Below are positions 41,057 through 51,462 of a stretch of DNA of 64,000 nucleotides, piece by piece. The stretch is taken from positions 5,504,001 through 5,568,000 of the forward strand of contig OY970067.1 of assembly GCA_963705305.1 (NCBI GenBank), read 5' to 3'. The DNA comes from an uncultured Methylomirabilota bacterium. Lineage in GTDB: Bacteria > Methylomirabilota > Methylomirabilia > Methylomirabilales > 2-02-FULL-66-22. The notes below the pieces were generated by a model. The model did no database searches and was not told the DNA's origin. It worked only from the letters and a program-made list of their open reading frames with translations. Numbering within the stretch: the first letter of the stretch is position 1; each line of letters starts with the position of its first letter. The position numbers and the translations under genes were made by a program.

Positions 41057-41646
41057 CGCGCCACCTCATCCACCGGGCGGCTACCTCCCGGCGGGTCGGC
41101 TGCGGCCGCGGCCTGCTCCCACGCGGCCCAGAGCAAGGCAAGCTTGGTGAGACCGCACGCGATCCGGTCGTCCTGGGCCATCGCGACAGCCTCCCGGAAA
41201 GGAAACTCCCGCCGCTCCAGGGCCTCGTCCTGATCGGGGGGCAGCGGGTCCGGTGACAGATCCTCCGCCACGAAGACGTGGATGATCTCGTCCAGGAAGG
41301 CGTTGTTGGGCCAGAAACCGCCCAGCCGCCGCAGTCGGGCCGCTCGGTAGCCGGCCTCCTCGCGCAGCTCGCGCTGCGCGGCCGCCTCGGCTGCCTCCCC
41401 GGCCGCCACGGCGCCCCCCGGGATCTCCCAAGAGAAATCGTTCGTCACGTGCCGGTACTGTCGGACCAGGAGCACCCGATCCCCGGGAAGAAAGGGCAGG
41501 ATTCCCACGCTGGCGCCGAGGTGGAGGATTGGATACGTCCGCCGGCTGCCGTCCGGCAGCTCCAGGACATCCTCCCGCACCACCACGTGCTCCCGCTGGT
41601 GAAGGATTCGCGATTCCACCCGCCTCCATGCTTTCAGCTCATCCAC
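41053..41646 (-). CDS. NUDIX hydrolase (ADP-ribose pyrophosphatase-like)
   Basis: Nudix box 'PGG...E...AAQRELREEAG'. Confidence 0.92.
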   Translation of the reverse strand: MDELKAWRRVESRILHQREHVVVREDVLELPDGSRRTYPILHLGASVGILPFLPGDRVLLVRQYRHVTNDFSWEIPGGAVAAGEAAEAAAQRELREEAGYRAARLRRLGGFWPNNAFLDEIIHVFVAEDLSPDPLPPDQDEALERREFPFREAVAMAQDDRIACGLTKLALLWAAWEQAAAAADPPGGSRPVDEVAR

Positions 41647-41700
41647 CGCACCCCTCGCCCAATGCCGGCCGGCCCGCTGCCGGCTCCGACGCGTCCCGTC

Positions 41701-42402
41701 TCAGGAGAACAGCGCCAGGGGATCCTCGACCTTCAGGGGATCCTGAACATAGAAGCCCTGCCCGAATTTGGCGCCGACCTGCGCCCCCAGGTAGCTGGCG
41801 AAGGCCTCCAGCCTGGTGGGGAAGTGCCTCGGCCGATCCGGTCGTTCGAACTGCGACTTGTGGTTGGCCAGCGCCTGGATCGCCTGGGGAAACTCGTCGT
41901 CCACCGGCACGATGAAGGTGGGCTTCATGAAAGGGGGCAGAAAGTAGTAGAAGATCTTCTTGACGGCGTGCGCGGCTCCCTCGGCCGGGTACTTCTCCAG
42001 GTGGGCGAAGTTCGTTCCATGGGTGACCACGTGGCCGCAGGTGATGTGATCCGCGTGACCGCGCCCCCGCCCAGGCTCCAGGCCGTAGTAGGGCGCCAGG
42101 ACGATGTCGGGCCGGTACTTCCGCACCAGCGAGGCCACAGCCCTCCGGTTGGCCTGGGAATCCTCCAGGCGCGTATCGCCCATATCGAGGATCTCGAGGG
42201 CGTCCAGCTTGAGGTCGCGAGCGGCTCGTTCGGTCTCCTGGCGTCGGATCTCGGGCGTGCCGCTGCCCATGTCCCCCTCGGTCAGAAGAACCATGCCGGT
42301 CCGGTAGCCTCGATTCTTCATCTTCAACAGGAACGCCCCCGTCCCGATCTCGGCATCATCCGGGTGCGGGCCGAAGGTGAGAAAATGCAGTCGCTCCGTC
42401 AT
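41701..42402 (-). CDS. bshB1: PIG-L family deacetylase, BshB1-like
   Basis: 'PHPDDAE', 'LTEGDMGSGTPEIRRQE', 'HADH', 'HKSQF'. Confidence 0.7.
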   Translation of the reverse strand: MTERLHFLTFGPHPDDAEIGTGAFLLKMKNRGYRTGMVLLTEGDMGSGTPEIRRQETERAARDLKLDALEILDMGDTRLEDSQANRRAVASLVRKYRPDIVLAPYYGLEPGRGRGHADHITCGHVVTHGTNFAHLEKYPAEGAAHAVKKIFYYFLPPFMKPTFIVPVDDEFPQAIQALANHKSQFERPDRPRHFPTRLEAFASYLGAQVGAKFGQGFYVQDPLKVEDPLALFS

Positions 42403-42600
42403 GCCGCATCCTTTCTCCCGATCCACACCATGGACCGGGTCGTCGCAACCTCGTCGCCCGTCTCGAGTCCCTCCCCGGGCCGGTCGTCACCGACGGTTCC
42501 GTTCCCCGCAGCCTGCCGGTCGGGCGCTGAATCCGGCGCCGCCGGGGAGGAAGGCCTGGGAAACACAGATTAGGAGGGCAGGCAGAAAAAGTCAATCCGC

Positions 42601-44072
42601 CTAGACCCGCACGAACTCGCCCAGCATCGGCACCTGCACATCGGGAATCCCCATGGACGTGAGCCGGTCCGCCAGGGGCAGCATCTGCTCCTCTTCCCCG
42701 TGGACCAGCAGAACCTTCCGCAGGCTGCCGCGGCAGCGGCCGACGAAGTCCACGAGATCGTCCCGATCCGCGTGGGCGCTGAAGGCGTCCATCACCACCA
42801 CCTCTGCCTCCAGGGGGTGCGTCACGCCGAAGATGCGCACCTCGGACTGCCGCTCGGCGATCCGCCGCCCCAGGGTATGCTGGGCCTGGTAGCCGATGAT
42901 GAGGACGGTGTTGCGCTGATCCTCGATGCCGTTGCGCAGGTGGTGAACGATGCGTCCGCCCTCGCACATTCCCGAGGCGGCGATGACCATGAGAGGCCCC
43001 TCGCGCTCGTTCAGCGCCTTGGACTCCTCCGCGCTGGCCAGGTAGGTCAGGTCCTCGAATCCGAAGGGGTCGCCGTTCTTGCGCATGAAGGCCAGTGTGT
43101 CCGCGTCGAAGCACTCCGGATGCAGTTTGAATATCTCGGTGATGCGGACGGACAGTGGGCTGTCCACAAGGCCAGTGTGTCCGCGTCGAAGCACTCCGGA
43201 TGCAGTTTGAATATCTCGGTGATGCGGACGGACAGTGGGCTGTCCACATAGATGGGAATCTCCGGGATGGCCTGGCGGAGGGTGAGCCGGTGCAGCGCGT
43301 ACACGAACTCCTGCGTGCGCTCCAGCGAGAAGCTGGGGACCAGGATCTTGCCCTTGCGGGCGGCAGTTCGCTTGACGACCTGCGCCAGCTGCTCCTCCAT
43401 CCCGGTCATGGGCGCATGGAGCCGGTCGCCGTAGGTGCTCTCCAACAGCAGGACGTCCGGCGACTCTGGAATCTCCGGGTCGCGCAGAATGGCCATGTTC
43501 CGCCGCCCCAGATCGCCGCTGAACACCAGACGGAGGTGATCCGGCGCCCAATCGACGTCCAGCTGCACGATGGCCGATCCCAGGACGTGGCCGGCATCCA
43601 GAAAGGTGCAGGCGGCGCCCTGGACGATCGGGGCTGGCCGGTGGTACTCCACCACTTGGAACAGTTTGAGCGCCTCCAGGACATCCGTCTCGTCATACAG
43701 GGGGACCACCGGCTGGTCCAACTGGTCCGCGTACTTCCGGTTCAAGAAATCGGCGTCCGCCTGTTGGATGTGAGCCGCATCCCGCAGCATGACGCTGCAG
43801 AGATCTCGGGTGGCCGGGGTGCAGAGGATGGTCCCGCGGAATCCCTGCTTGACCAGAGTCGGGATGTTCCCGGCATGGTCGATGTGTGCGTGAGAAAGGA
43901 TCATGGCATCCACCTGTCGGGGGTCGAAGGGCAGGTGGCGGTTCCGCTCGCCGGCCTCGCGCCGCCGCCCCTGGTAGAGGCCGCAGTCCAGCAGGACCCG
44001 GCTGTCATGGAATTCGAGCAGGTGCTGCGATCCGGTCACAGTCCGCGCGGCGCCGACGAAGTGGATGCGCAT
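42601..44072 (-). pseudogene. beta-CASP metallo-beta-lactamase (RNA-metabolising) gene, frameshifted by an 80-bp tandem duplication
   Basis: 'GAARTVTGS', 'SHAHIDH', 'AGHVLGS', 'ESTYGDR' in one frame; 'ASGMCEGGR', 'FSAHAD', 'VHGE' in another. Confidence 0.85.
43088..43247. repeat. exact 80-bp tandem duplication
   Basis: 43088-43167 is identical to 43168-43247. Confidence 0.95.
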
Positions 44073-44107
44073 CTTCAGCCTCCCCGAAGGGTCAATGGAT
44101 CAATCGC

Positions 44108-45331
44108 TCAAGCGGCCAGTGCAGCGAGGGTCTCGGTGAGGACCTCGGCCCCCCGCAGGATGTCCTCCGGCCTGGCAGATTCGTCGGGATTGTGGCTGAT
44201 CCCCCGCCGGCAGGGGATGAAGATCATCCCCGCAGGAGCCAGCTTTGCCATGTTCATGGCATCGTGTCCGGCGCCGCTGGGCATGCGGCGGTAGGGAATC
44301 TTCAGCCGGCGACAGGCGCCCTCGATCGTTTGGATGATGCCGGAGTCCATGGAAACGGGCCGTTCGGTGGAGAGGACCTCGGCCTGCACCCGCGTACCCT
44401 CCCCCTCGGCGACCCGTCGCGCGGCCGCACGGACGGCCTCCGCGGTCTCGGCCAGGTTGGCCTCATCGATGCCCCGGATGTCCACCCACATCTCCACCCG
44501 GCCCGGCACGACATTCATGGCCCCCGGGTGGACCCGCATCACCCCCACCGTGCCGACGATCCGCCGGTCGGCGCGCTGCCGGGCCTCTTCCTCGACAGCC
44601 AGCACAATTCGGGAGGCGCTGACCAAGGCGTCGTGCCGCTTGCCCATGGGAGTCGTCCCCGAGTGGGCGGCCGTCCCCTCCACCGTCAGCTTGAGGCGGA
44701 TGGGGGCGGCGATCGCCTCCACGACACCGATCGGCACACCCGCCTCTTCCAGCACAGGGCCCTGCTCGATATGGGTTTCCACGAAGGCCTTGAACTCTTG
44801 GGGACGTCGCGCGGCCTCGGGCAGCCTCTCCAGATCCAGGCCGTGCCCGGCCAGCGTCTGCGCCAGCGTCGCCCCGCCCAGATCCTTCACACCACGCCAG
44901 GCGGCCAGATCGGCGGCCCCCGCCACGACCTTGCTGCCCATGGTGGCGACCCCGAAGCGGCTGGACTCCTCCCCCCGGAAGACGATGAACTCGAGGGGAT
45001 GGCCGAGGCGGCCCCGGGCTCTCAGTTCTCGGACCGCCGCCAGCCCGGCGACCACGCCTACCACCCCGTCGAAGTTCCCCCCCTCTGGAACGGTGTCGAG
45101 GTGGGATCCGGTGGCGACGGCCGGGGCGCCGGGCGTCGCGCCCTCCAGGCGCCCGATGAAGTTTCCGAAGGCGTCCGTCCGAACGGCGAGCCCGGCCTCA
45201 CGCATGAGGCCGCCGACGTACTCACAGGCGGCCCACTCCGGCTCGCTGAACACCAGGCGGCTGAAGCCCCGCCCTCCTTTTCCAAAGCGGGCGACGCCCT
45301 CCAACCCCGCGACGATCCAGGTGAGGTCCAT
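44108..45331 (-). CDS. M20 Zn-dependent amidohydrolase (hydantoinase/carbamoylase family)
   Basis: 'GSHLDTVPEGGNFDG', 'EESSRF', 'ETHIEQGP', 'SGAGHDA', 'SHNPDE'. Confidence 0.93.
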   Translation of the reverse strand: MDLTWIVAGLEGVARFGKGGRGFSRLVFSEPEWAACEYVGGLMREAGLAVRTDAFGNFIGRLEGATPGAPAVATGSHLDTVPEGGNFDGVVGVVAGLAAVRELRARGRLGHPLEFIVFRGEESSRFGVATMGSKVVAGAADLAAWRGVKDLGGATLAQTLAGHGLDLERLPEAARRPQEFKAFVETHIEQGPVLEEAGVPIGVVEAIAAPIRLKLTVEGTAAHSGTTPMGKRHDALVSASRIVLAVEEEARQRADRRIVGTVGVMRVHPGAMNVVPGRVEMWVDIRGIDEANLAETAEAVRAAARRVAEGEGTRVQAEVLSTERPVSMDSGIIQTIEGACRRLKIPYRRMPSGAGHDAMNMAKLAPAGMIFIPCRRGISHNPDESARPEDILRGAEVLTETLAALAA

Positions 45332-45445
45332 GGCCGTTCACTCCTTCCGGCCGGCTGCAACGCGCTTTGCCGCAGCTCCTACCGTGCTATACTTCCCCCG
45401 TTGATTGCCGGCTGCTCTTCACCTTCGCCCCCGACTGGACAGGGC

Positions 45446-46108
45446 ATGGCCCGAACCGTCACCGAGATCAATCGAATCGTCCGGGACCTGACCGCTGCCA
45501 GCCGCGGCTGGAACCCGACGGCCGTCGAGACGGTGGCCAGAGACTCCCGGGATCCGTACCGCATCCTGGTGTCCTGCCTCATCAGCCTGCGGACCAAGGA
45601 CGAGGTGATCGCCGCGGCGGCCGCCCGGCTGTTCCGGCTGGCCCGGACTCCCCGGAGCATGTGCGCCCTGCCGGCGGCCGCCATTGCCCGGGCCATCTAC
45701 CCCGCCGGGTTCTACCGGACCAAGGCCCGCACCATCCGCGGGATCTCCCGCACCCTGATCGTGCGGCACGGCGGGAAGGTACCCGATACCATGGAGGCGC
45801 TCCTAGCCTTGAAGGGTGTCGGCCGAAAGACCGCCAATCTGGTCATCACCGTCGGCTTCGGCAAGCCCGGCATCTGCGTGGATACCCATGTCCATCGCAT
45901 CAGCAATCGGCTCGGCATTGTCGCCACCAGAACGCCCGAGCAGACCGAAGCCGTCCTCCGCCAGGCGCTGCCGCGCCGCCACTGGATCCCGTACAACGAT
46001 CTGCTCGTGGCCTTCGGCCAGAACATCTGCCAGCCGGTTTCCCCCTGGTGCAGTCGCTGCCCCGTCGCCCCCCTCTGTCCCCGAATCGCCGTGGACCGAT
46101 CCCGCTAG
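45446..46108 (+). CDS. nth: endonuclease III
   Basis: HhH 'LKGVGRKTAN', 'VDTHVHR', 4Fe-4S motif C-x6-C-x2-C-x5-C. Confidence 0.93.
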   Translation: MARTVTEINRIVRDLTAASRGWNPTAVETVARDSRDPYRILVSCLISLRTKDEVIAAAAARLFRLARTPRSMCALPAAAIARAIYPAGFYRTKARTIRGISRTLIVRHGGKVPDTMEALLALKGVGRKTANLVITVGFGKPGICVDTHVHRISNRLGIVATRTPEQTEAVLRQALPRRHWIPYNDLLVAFGQNICQPVSPWCSRCPVAPLCPRIAVDRSR

Positions 46109-46387
46109 CCTCGATCCCGGCCCCGCCGTCCCCCCCCGAACAGGCGAAGGCCTCCTGCGTGCTCCTCTCCGAGAGGGGTCAACGCGCGGCACACAGGAGG
46201 CCCGCAATATGGGGTGGAGAATATCCAGACTCTGCCGGGTTGTCAAAGCGGATCGCCGGAGGTGTCCATGCGGCAGCACCTTGTGATCTGAACACCCTCT
46301 TCCACACACAGACCACCGGCCGGAAGTCTATCCGGATACCCTGGCGCCGCCTTTCGCGAGCGGACACGCGCCCGCGTCCTACAAGAA

Positions 46388-46414
46388 GGCCCGGCAGGAA
46401 ATTCCTGCCGGGCC
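46388..46414. terminator. hairpin between convergent nth and livF
   Basis: GGCCCGGCAGGAA-A-TTCCTGCCGGGCC perfect inverted repeat. Confidence 0.65.
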
Positions 46415-46465
46415 CTGTGACTTCATCGACCACCGCGCCGGGTCGATCTCGAGGATAGGCGTCTC

Positions 46466-47233
46466 TCAGGCAGGCGCGCCTCGCCCTTCACGCCGGCGCT
46501 GGCGCGCCTCCCGCACATGGGCGTGCGCCCCCAAGTAGTGGGCCTTCATCTCCTCATTGTTGAGCAGGTTGCCGGCCGTATCGCCGAGCATGACCCGGCC
46601 CGTTTCCAGGACGAACCCGCGGTTGGCGATGAGGAGCGCCATACGGGCGTTCTGCTCCACCAGCAGGATGGTGGTGCCCGCCTTGTTGATCGCCTTGATG
46701 ACCTTGAAGACCTCTTGCACCAGGACCGGCGCCAGGCCGAGCGACGGCTCGTCCAGAAGCAGGAGCTTCGCCGCCGACATCAAGCCGCGGCCGATCGCCA
46801 GCATCTGCTGCTGCCCGCCGGACAGCTGCCAGCCCAGGCGGTCTTTGAACTCCTTGAGGATCGGGAACAGGCTGAAGATGCGTTCCAGGTCCCGCTCGAG
46901 ATCGGCTTTGGGCGGATTCTTCCGGGGCGTGGCCCCCAACATCAGGTTGTCGATCACAGACAGGCCGGGGAAGATGTGGCGCCCCTCGGGCACGCAGGCG
47001 ATCCCCGCCTCGGCAATATCCTCGGCCTCCTTGCCGGTGATCTCCTGACCCAGGAACTCGATCCGGCCCTTGGCGGGCGAGAGCAGGCCGGTGATGGTCT
47101 TGATGGTGGTGCTCTTGCCGGCTCCATTGGCGCCCAGCAGGGCCACGATCTCTCCCTGCTTGACGTCCAGCGAGACCCCCTTCAGGGCCTGGATGGCTCC
47201 GTACCAGGTTTCGATCCCTTCGACCTTAAGCAT
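46466..47233 (-). CDS. livF: branched-chain amino acid ABC ATPase
   Basis: GANGAGKST, 'VPEGRHIF', LSGGQQQM, 'DEPSLGLAP'. Confidence 0.9.
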   Translation of the reverse strand: MLKVEGIETWYGAIQALKGVSLDVKQGEIVALLGANGAGKSTTIKTITGLLSPAKGRIEFLGQEITGKEAEDIAEAGIACVPEGRHIFPGLSVIDNLMLGATPRKNPPKADLERDLERIFSLFPILKEFKDRLGWQLSGGQQQMLAIGRGLMSAAKLLLLDEPSLGLAPVLVQEVFKVIKAINKAGTTILLVEQNARMALLIANRGFVLETGRVMLGDTAGNLLNNEEMKAHYLGAHAHVREARQRRREGRGAPA

Positions 47234-49058
47234 TGCCCACCTCCGTGCCCAGGTAGGCGTCGATGACCTCCTGGTTCTTCTCGATCTCTTCGGCAGGGCC
47301 CTCGGCGATCTTCCTGCCGAAGTTGATCACGGTGAGGTGGTCGGAGACGTTCATCACCAGACTCATGTCGTGTTCCACCAGCAGGATGGTGATGCCCCGA
47401 TCGCGGATCTGGAAGAGCAGATCCACCAGGGCCTCGGTCTCGGCGGCATTCAGGCCCGCGGCGGGCTCGTCCAGCAGCAAGAGTTTGGGGTCCGAGACGA
47501 GGGCTCGCGCCAGCTCCAGCAGCCGCTGCTGCCCGTAGGGAAGGCTTCTGGCCTCGGCGGATTCCTTCCCTCCCAAACCGACGAACGCCAACGTCTCCAC
47601 GGCCCGCTGTCGCATGGCCGCCTCTTCGTTCCGCTGCGAAGCAGGCCGGAACACGCTGGCCAGCAAGCCCGCGTGCGAGCGGCTGTGCTGGCCGATCAAC
47701 ACGTTCTCCAGGACCGTCAGATCGCCGAACAGCCGGATATTCTGGAAGGTCCGTGCCACGCCATGGGCGGTGATCACATGGGGTTTCCGCCCGGCGACGG
47801 GCGTTCCGTCCAGTGTGATCTCGCCGGCCGTGGGGACATACAGACCGCTCAGCATGTTCAGGATGGTGGTCTTGCCCGAGCCGTTCGGTCCGATGAGCGC
47901 CTGGATCTCCCCGCGGCGGACCGCCATGTCCACGCCGTCCACCGCCTTCAGGCCGCCGAAGTGCTTGGCCAGGCCCCGTACGGACAGGAGGGTCCCGTCG
48001 CCGTTCCCCGCTCCACCTGCAACCGGCGGAAGCGCCCCGGTTGTCGAGCCACCGCCTCCCGCCTCCGTCGCGATTCGGATCGCAGCCGTCCTGCCGGTCC
48101 CCCACCATTCCCGCAGGCGCCGGCTGATCGGGAGGGTCCAGACCAGGCCCGCGATGCCGCTCGGCATGAAGATCATGACGGCCACGATGCCGGCCGCATA
48201 GACCATCATGTAGTAATCCTTGAGGAACCGGAGCACCTCCGGCAGCAGCGTCAGCAGGATCGCCCCCACGACGGAGCCGACGGCGGAGCCGTTGCCGCCC
48301 AGCACGGCCATGGCCAGGAGGACCACCGACTCGTCGAACGAGAACGTGTCGGGGCTGATGTAGTGCGAGCCGCTGTGGGCGAACAGCCATCCCCCGATGC
48401 CTGCGTAGCCCGCCGAAAGGGCAAAGGCCATGATCTTGAAATAGGTGGAGTCCACCCCCGCGGTCTCGGCCGCCATCTCATTGCCCTGGATGGCCATGAA
48501 GGCGCGACCCACGCGGGAGTCCTTCAACCGGATGGATGCCCAGGTGAGGAGGATCAGCGAGACGGCCGCCAGATAAAAGAACGTGCCGGGATCCTTCAGC
48601 TCGACGGCTCCGATCGACGGGGAGGGAATCTTGGCGATGCCGTCCGATCCGCCGGTGAGCCAGATGGCATTGATCAAGACGAGCTGGACGATAATCCCGA
48701 AGCCGATGGTGGCCATGGCCAGATAGTGGCCGGAAAGTTTCAAGGTCGGGATGCCCAACAGCACCCCCACCAGGCTCGCGATGACGAAGGCGGCGACCAT
48801 GCCCGCCCACACGGGCCCCCCGAACCGGGTGGTCAGGATGGCCGAGGTATAGGCCCCCACCCCCCAGAAGGCTGCCTGGGCCAAGGACAGTTGGCCGGCG
48901 TACCCCAGGACGATATTCAGGCCCAGGCACGCCACGGAGAAGCTGATCGCCAAGTTGACCAGATTGAGCCAGTAGCTGCTGCTAATCATCCAGGGAAATG
49001 CCGCCACTCCTACCACCAGGACGGCAAGGATGAGACGCTTGGCCGCTCGGGGATTCAT
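47226..49058 (-). CDS. fused LivM permease / LivG ATPase
   Basis: 'GYAGQLSLAQ', 'YLAMATIGF' followed by GPNGSGKTT, 'LPYGQQR', 'DEPAAG'. Confidence 0.92.
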   Translation of the reverse strand: MNPRAAKRLILAVLVVGVAAFPWMISSSYWLNLVNLAISFSVACLGLNIVLGYAGQLSLAQAAFWGVGAYTSAILTTRFGGPVWAGMVAAFVIASLVGVLLGIPTLKLSGHYLAMATIGFGIIVQLVLINAIWLTGGSDGIAKIPSPSIGAVELKDPGTFFYLAAVSLILLTWASIRLKDSRVGRAFMAIQGNEMAAETAGVDSTYFKIMAFALSAGYAGIGGWLFAHSGSHYISPDTFSFDESVVLLAMAVLGGNGSAVGSVVGAILLTLLPEVLRFLKDYYMMVYAAGIVAVMIFMPSGIAGLVWTLPISRRLREWWGTGRTAAIRIATEAGGGGSTTGALPPVAGGAGNGDGTLLSVRGLAKHFGGLKAVDGVDMAVRRGEIQALIGPNGSGKTTILNMLSGLYVPTAGEITLDGTPVAGRKPHVITAHGVARTFQNIRLFGDLTVLENVLIGQHSRSHAGLLASVFRPASQRNEEAAMRQRAVETLAFVGLGGKESAEARSLPYGQQRLLELARALVSDPKLLLLDEPAAGLNAAETEALVDLLFQIRDRGITILLVEHDMSLVMNVSDHLTVINFGRKIAEGPAEEIEKNQEVIDAYLGTEVGNA

Positions 49059-49070
49059 GGCCGCACCTCC

Positions 49071-49952
49071 CTACGCCTTCTCGGCGATCTTCTCGCCGAA
49101 GAATCCCTGCGGGCGGAAAAGAAGAACGAGAATCAGGAGGATGAAGGCAAAGGCGTCACGGTAGGCGCTGGAAAGATAGTAGGCCCCAAACACCTCGACG
49201 ATACCCAGGAAGATCCCGCCCAGAATGGCGCCGGGGATGCTGCCGAACCCCCCCACGATGGCAGCGCAGAAGGCCTTCAGGCCCAGCATCCCCCCCATCT
49301 CTTTGGTGACATAGAAAATCGGCCCGATCAGGATTCCGGCCGCCGCGCCCAGGACGGAGCTGTAGACAAAGGTGATAACGATCATCCTGGCCACCCGGAT
49401 GCCCAGCAGCCGCGCCGTCTCCTTATCCTGCGCGGTGGCCTGCATCTTCTTCCCCAAGGAGGTCTTCTCAAAGAAGAGGTACTGAAAGACCAGCAGGGCC
49501 ACGGTCGCCAGGATGATGACAATATACTGCGGATCCACGAAGACGCCCGCCAGCTTCAGCACGTCTGGCGGGGTCGGCCGGGTCATGAGCAGCGGCTCGG
49601 CCCCGAAGACGACCTGCGCCGCGTTCCTCAGGAAGATCGACACCCCGATGGTGCTGATCACCACCGGCAGGAAGCTCCGATTCCGCAGGGGATAGTAGGC
49701 GATGCGCTGGAAGACGATGCCGAAGACGGCCATGAAGAGGGCGGTGATCAGGTAGGTCAGGGGAAACGGGATCTTCAGGACGTCCATCAACCACACCGCC
49801 ACGAAGGCGGGGACCATGACGAACTCACCCTGGGCGAAGTTGACGACATACACCGCATTGTAGATGAGGACGAAGCCCAGGGCCACCAGGGCGTAGATGG
49901 ATCCCATGGCCAGTCCCGCGGTCAGCATCTGGAGGTTGGTTGAGAGGTCCAT
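49071..49952 (-). CDS. livH: branched-chain amino acid ABC permease
   Basis: 'GSIYALVALGFVLIY', 'NFAQGE', 'RPQG'. Confidence 0.9.
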   Translation of the reverse strand: MDLSTNLQMLTAGLAMGSIYALVALGFVLIYNAVYVVNFAQGEFVMVPAFVAVWLMDVLKIPFPLTYLITALFMAVFGIVFQRIAYYPLRNRSFLPVVISTIGVSIFLRNAAQVVFGAEPLLMTRPTPPDVLKLAGVFVDPQYIVIILATVALLVFQYLFFEKTSLGKKMQATAQDKETARLLGIRVARMIVITFVYSSVLGAAAGILIGPIFYVTKEMGGMLGLKAFCAAIVGGFGSIPGAILGGIFLGIVEVFGAYYLSSAYRDAFAFILLILVLLFRPQGFFGEKIAEKA

Positions 49953-50036
49953 TGCCGGGATGCTCCATCGGCCGCCCGGTCCCCGGCGATGGCCGGGGCC
50001 GGGCGGCCCCAATCCGGAGATGGAATCGCGAGCGGG

Positions 50037-51188
50037 TTACTTCGCCCCGACGTTGACGATCTTCACCAGCTTCGGCTTCCCCTGCTCGATCTGGACGACA
50101 CTCACCTCGTGCAAGCCGTCTCCGTTGGGAGAGAACGAGAAGGTCCCCAGGACCCCTTTGTAGCCCTGGGTCGCCAGGATGGCCTCCCGGATTTTGGCGC
50201 GGTCCTGCCCGGCTTTCTTGATGGCGTTGACCAGGATGTTCAGCCCATCGTAGGTCCAGGCCGAGGTCGTATCGTAGTCCTCGTGGTACTCCTTCTGGTA
50301 ATCCGCGGCATACCGCCGGTTCACCTCGCTCTGCCCGGGCACGAAGTCGGCGACGGCCATGAGGCCCTCGGCCGCTTCCTTGGACAGGTTCAGGGCGTCC
50401 TTCATCTGGCTGGAGGCAGAACCGATGTACTTGAACGGCGAGCCCAGCTGCCGGTACTGCCGCTGGATGATGGCCACGTCCTCGGGGTTGGTCCCGTAGA
50501 GCACCATGATCTGGGCGCCGGCGTTCTTCAGGGACAGCAGCTGGGCGGTGAAGTCCTTGTCCTTGGTGGTGTACTTCTCGCGCTTCACCACCGTCAGCCC
50601 GACCGCCTTGGCCCCCTGTTCGACCAGGTCGGCCCCGCCGGATCCGAAGGCGTCGGAGTCGTTGAGGATGCCGATCTTGGTGAACTTCGTCTCTTCCTTT
50701 ATGTACTTGACCATGGCCGCGGCGGCGATGGAGTCGTCCGGCCGGACACGGAACAGCCAGGGATTGCCCTGTCTGGTGAGGGTGGCGTTCGTTCCACCGA
50801 TGAACGTCGGCACGCCGTAGTTCTTGATGGCGTCGGACATCGCCAGAACCTGGGTGCTCTTCACGACGCCGATCAGCGCCAGCACTTTCTCCTGCTCTAC
50901 CGCTTTCTGCAGGGCGGCCAGGGCGCCAGGATTGGTGGACTGATTATCCACGATGATCAGGTCGATCTTCGTGCCGTTCACTCCGCCGGCCTCGTTGATC
51001 TGCTTGAGGGCCAACTTGATGGCTTTGATTTGCAGGGCGCCCTCCGCCGCCGACGCGCCGGTGACGGGCGGGGTGAAGCCGATCCGGATCTCGCCGCTTG
51101 CCGCCATGGCCGGCGCGCTCATGAGGAGGCTCGCGAATAAGACCGACAAGAGACCGATGCACTTCCAGCTCTTCAGGGTCAGCATCAT
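50037..51188 (-). CDS. Liv-type ABC substrate-binding protein
   Basis: Signal peptide, 'INEAGGVNG', 'WLFRVRPDD'. Confidence 0.9.
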   Translation of the reverse strand: MMLTLKSWKCIGLLSVLFASLLMSAPAMAASGEIRIGFTPPVTGASAAEGALQIKAIKLALKQINEAGGVNGTKIDLIIVDNQSTNPGALAALQKAVEQEKVLALIGVVKSTQVLAMSDAIKNYGVPTFIGGTNATLTRQGNPWLFRVRPDDSIAAAAMVKYIKEETKFTKIGILNDSDAFGSGGADLVEQGAKAVGLTVVKREKYTTKDKDFTAQLLSLKNAGAQIMVLYGTNPEDVAIIQRQYRQLGSPFKYIGSASSQMKDALNLSKEAAEGLMAVADFVPGQSEVNRRYAADYQKEYHEDYDTTSAWTYDGLNILVNAIKKAGQDRAKIREAILATQGYKGVLGTFSFSPNGDGLHEVSVVQIEQGKPKLVKIVNVGAK

Positions 51189-51293
51189 TTCCTCCCTCTG
51201 TTCCCGCTCGACCGCAAGGACAAATGGATTCCTGGCCCAGGCGTGCCGGAGGCGGTCGACAGCATTCCTGGTATGGCTTTGTCCGGCAAAGCC

Positions 51294-51326
51294 GTCTAAT
51301 GTTAGACAGAGCAGTGTGGCGGTCAA
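51294..51326 (-). promoter_or_regulatory. promoter with overlapping palindromic operator
   Basis: TTGACC-16 bp-TAACAT on the minus strand; GTCTAA-N2-TTAGAC palindrome at 51294-51307. Confidence 0.5.
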
Positions 51327-51462
51327 GGAGCCGACCGAGGCTGTTGCGATGCCGGTCACATCATCCTGAAAAAGGGACAATTCGTTCGATACCGGAGTTT
51401 TCGCTGGATTTTTCGGCCAGAGACGAGACGGTTTTCCCGGAACCGGTCAGTTCGCCGGTATC

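Noticed and set aside
43886..45445. 500-aa N-terminal extension on endonuclease III
   Set aside because: It is the antisense of the amidohydrolase gene; nth starts at 45446 after its own TGnTATACT element.
47226..49058. LivM-LivG fusion as a novelty
   Set aside because: This fusion is common in branched-chain amino acid ABC systems.
47070..49943. Very long antisense/shadow ORFs (957 aa here; also 16242-18428, 9234-11291, 3481-5349)
   Set aside because: They overlap well-supported genes and have no motifs; expected from stop-codon scarcity in high-GC DNA.
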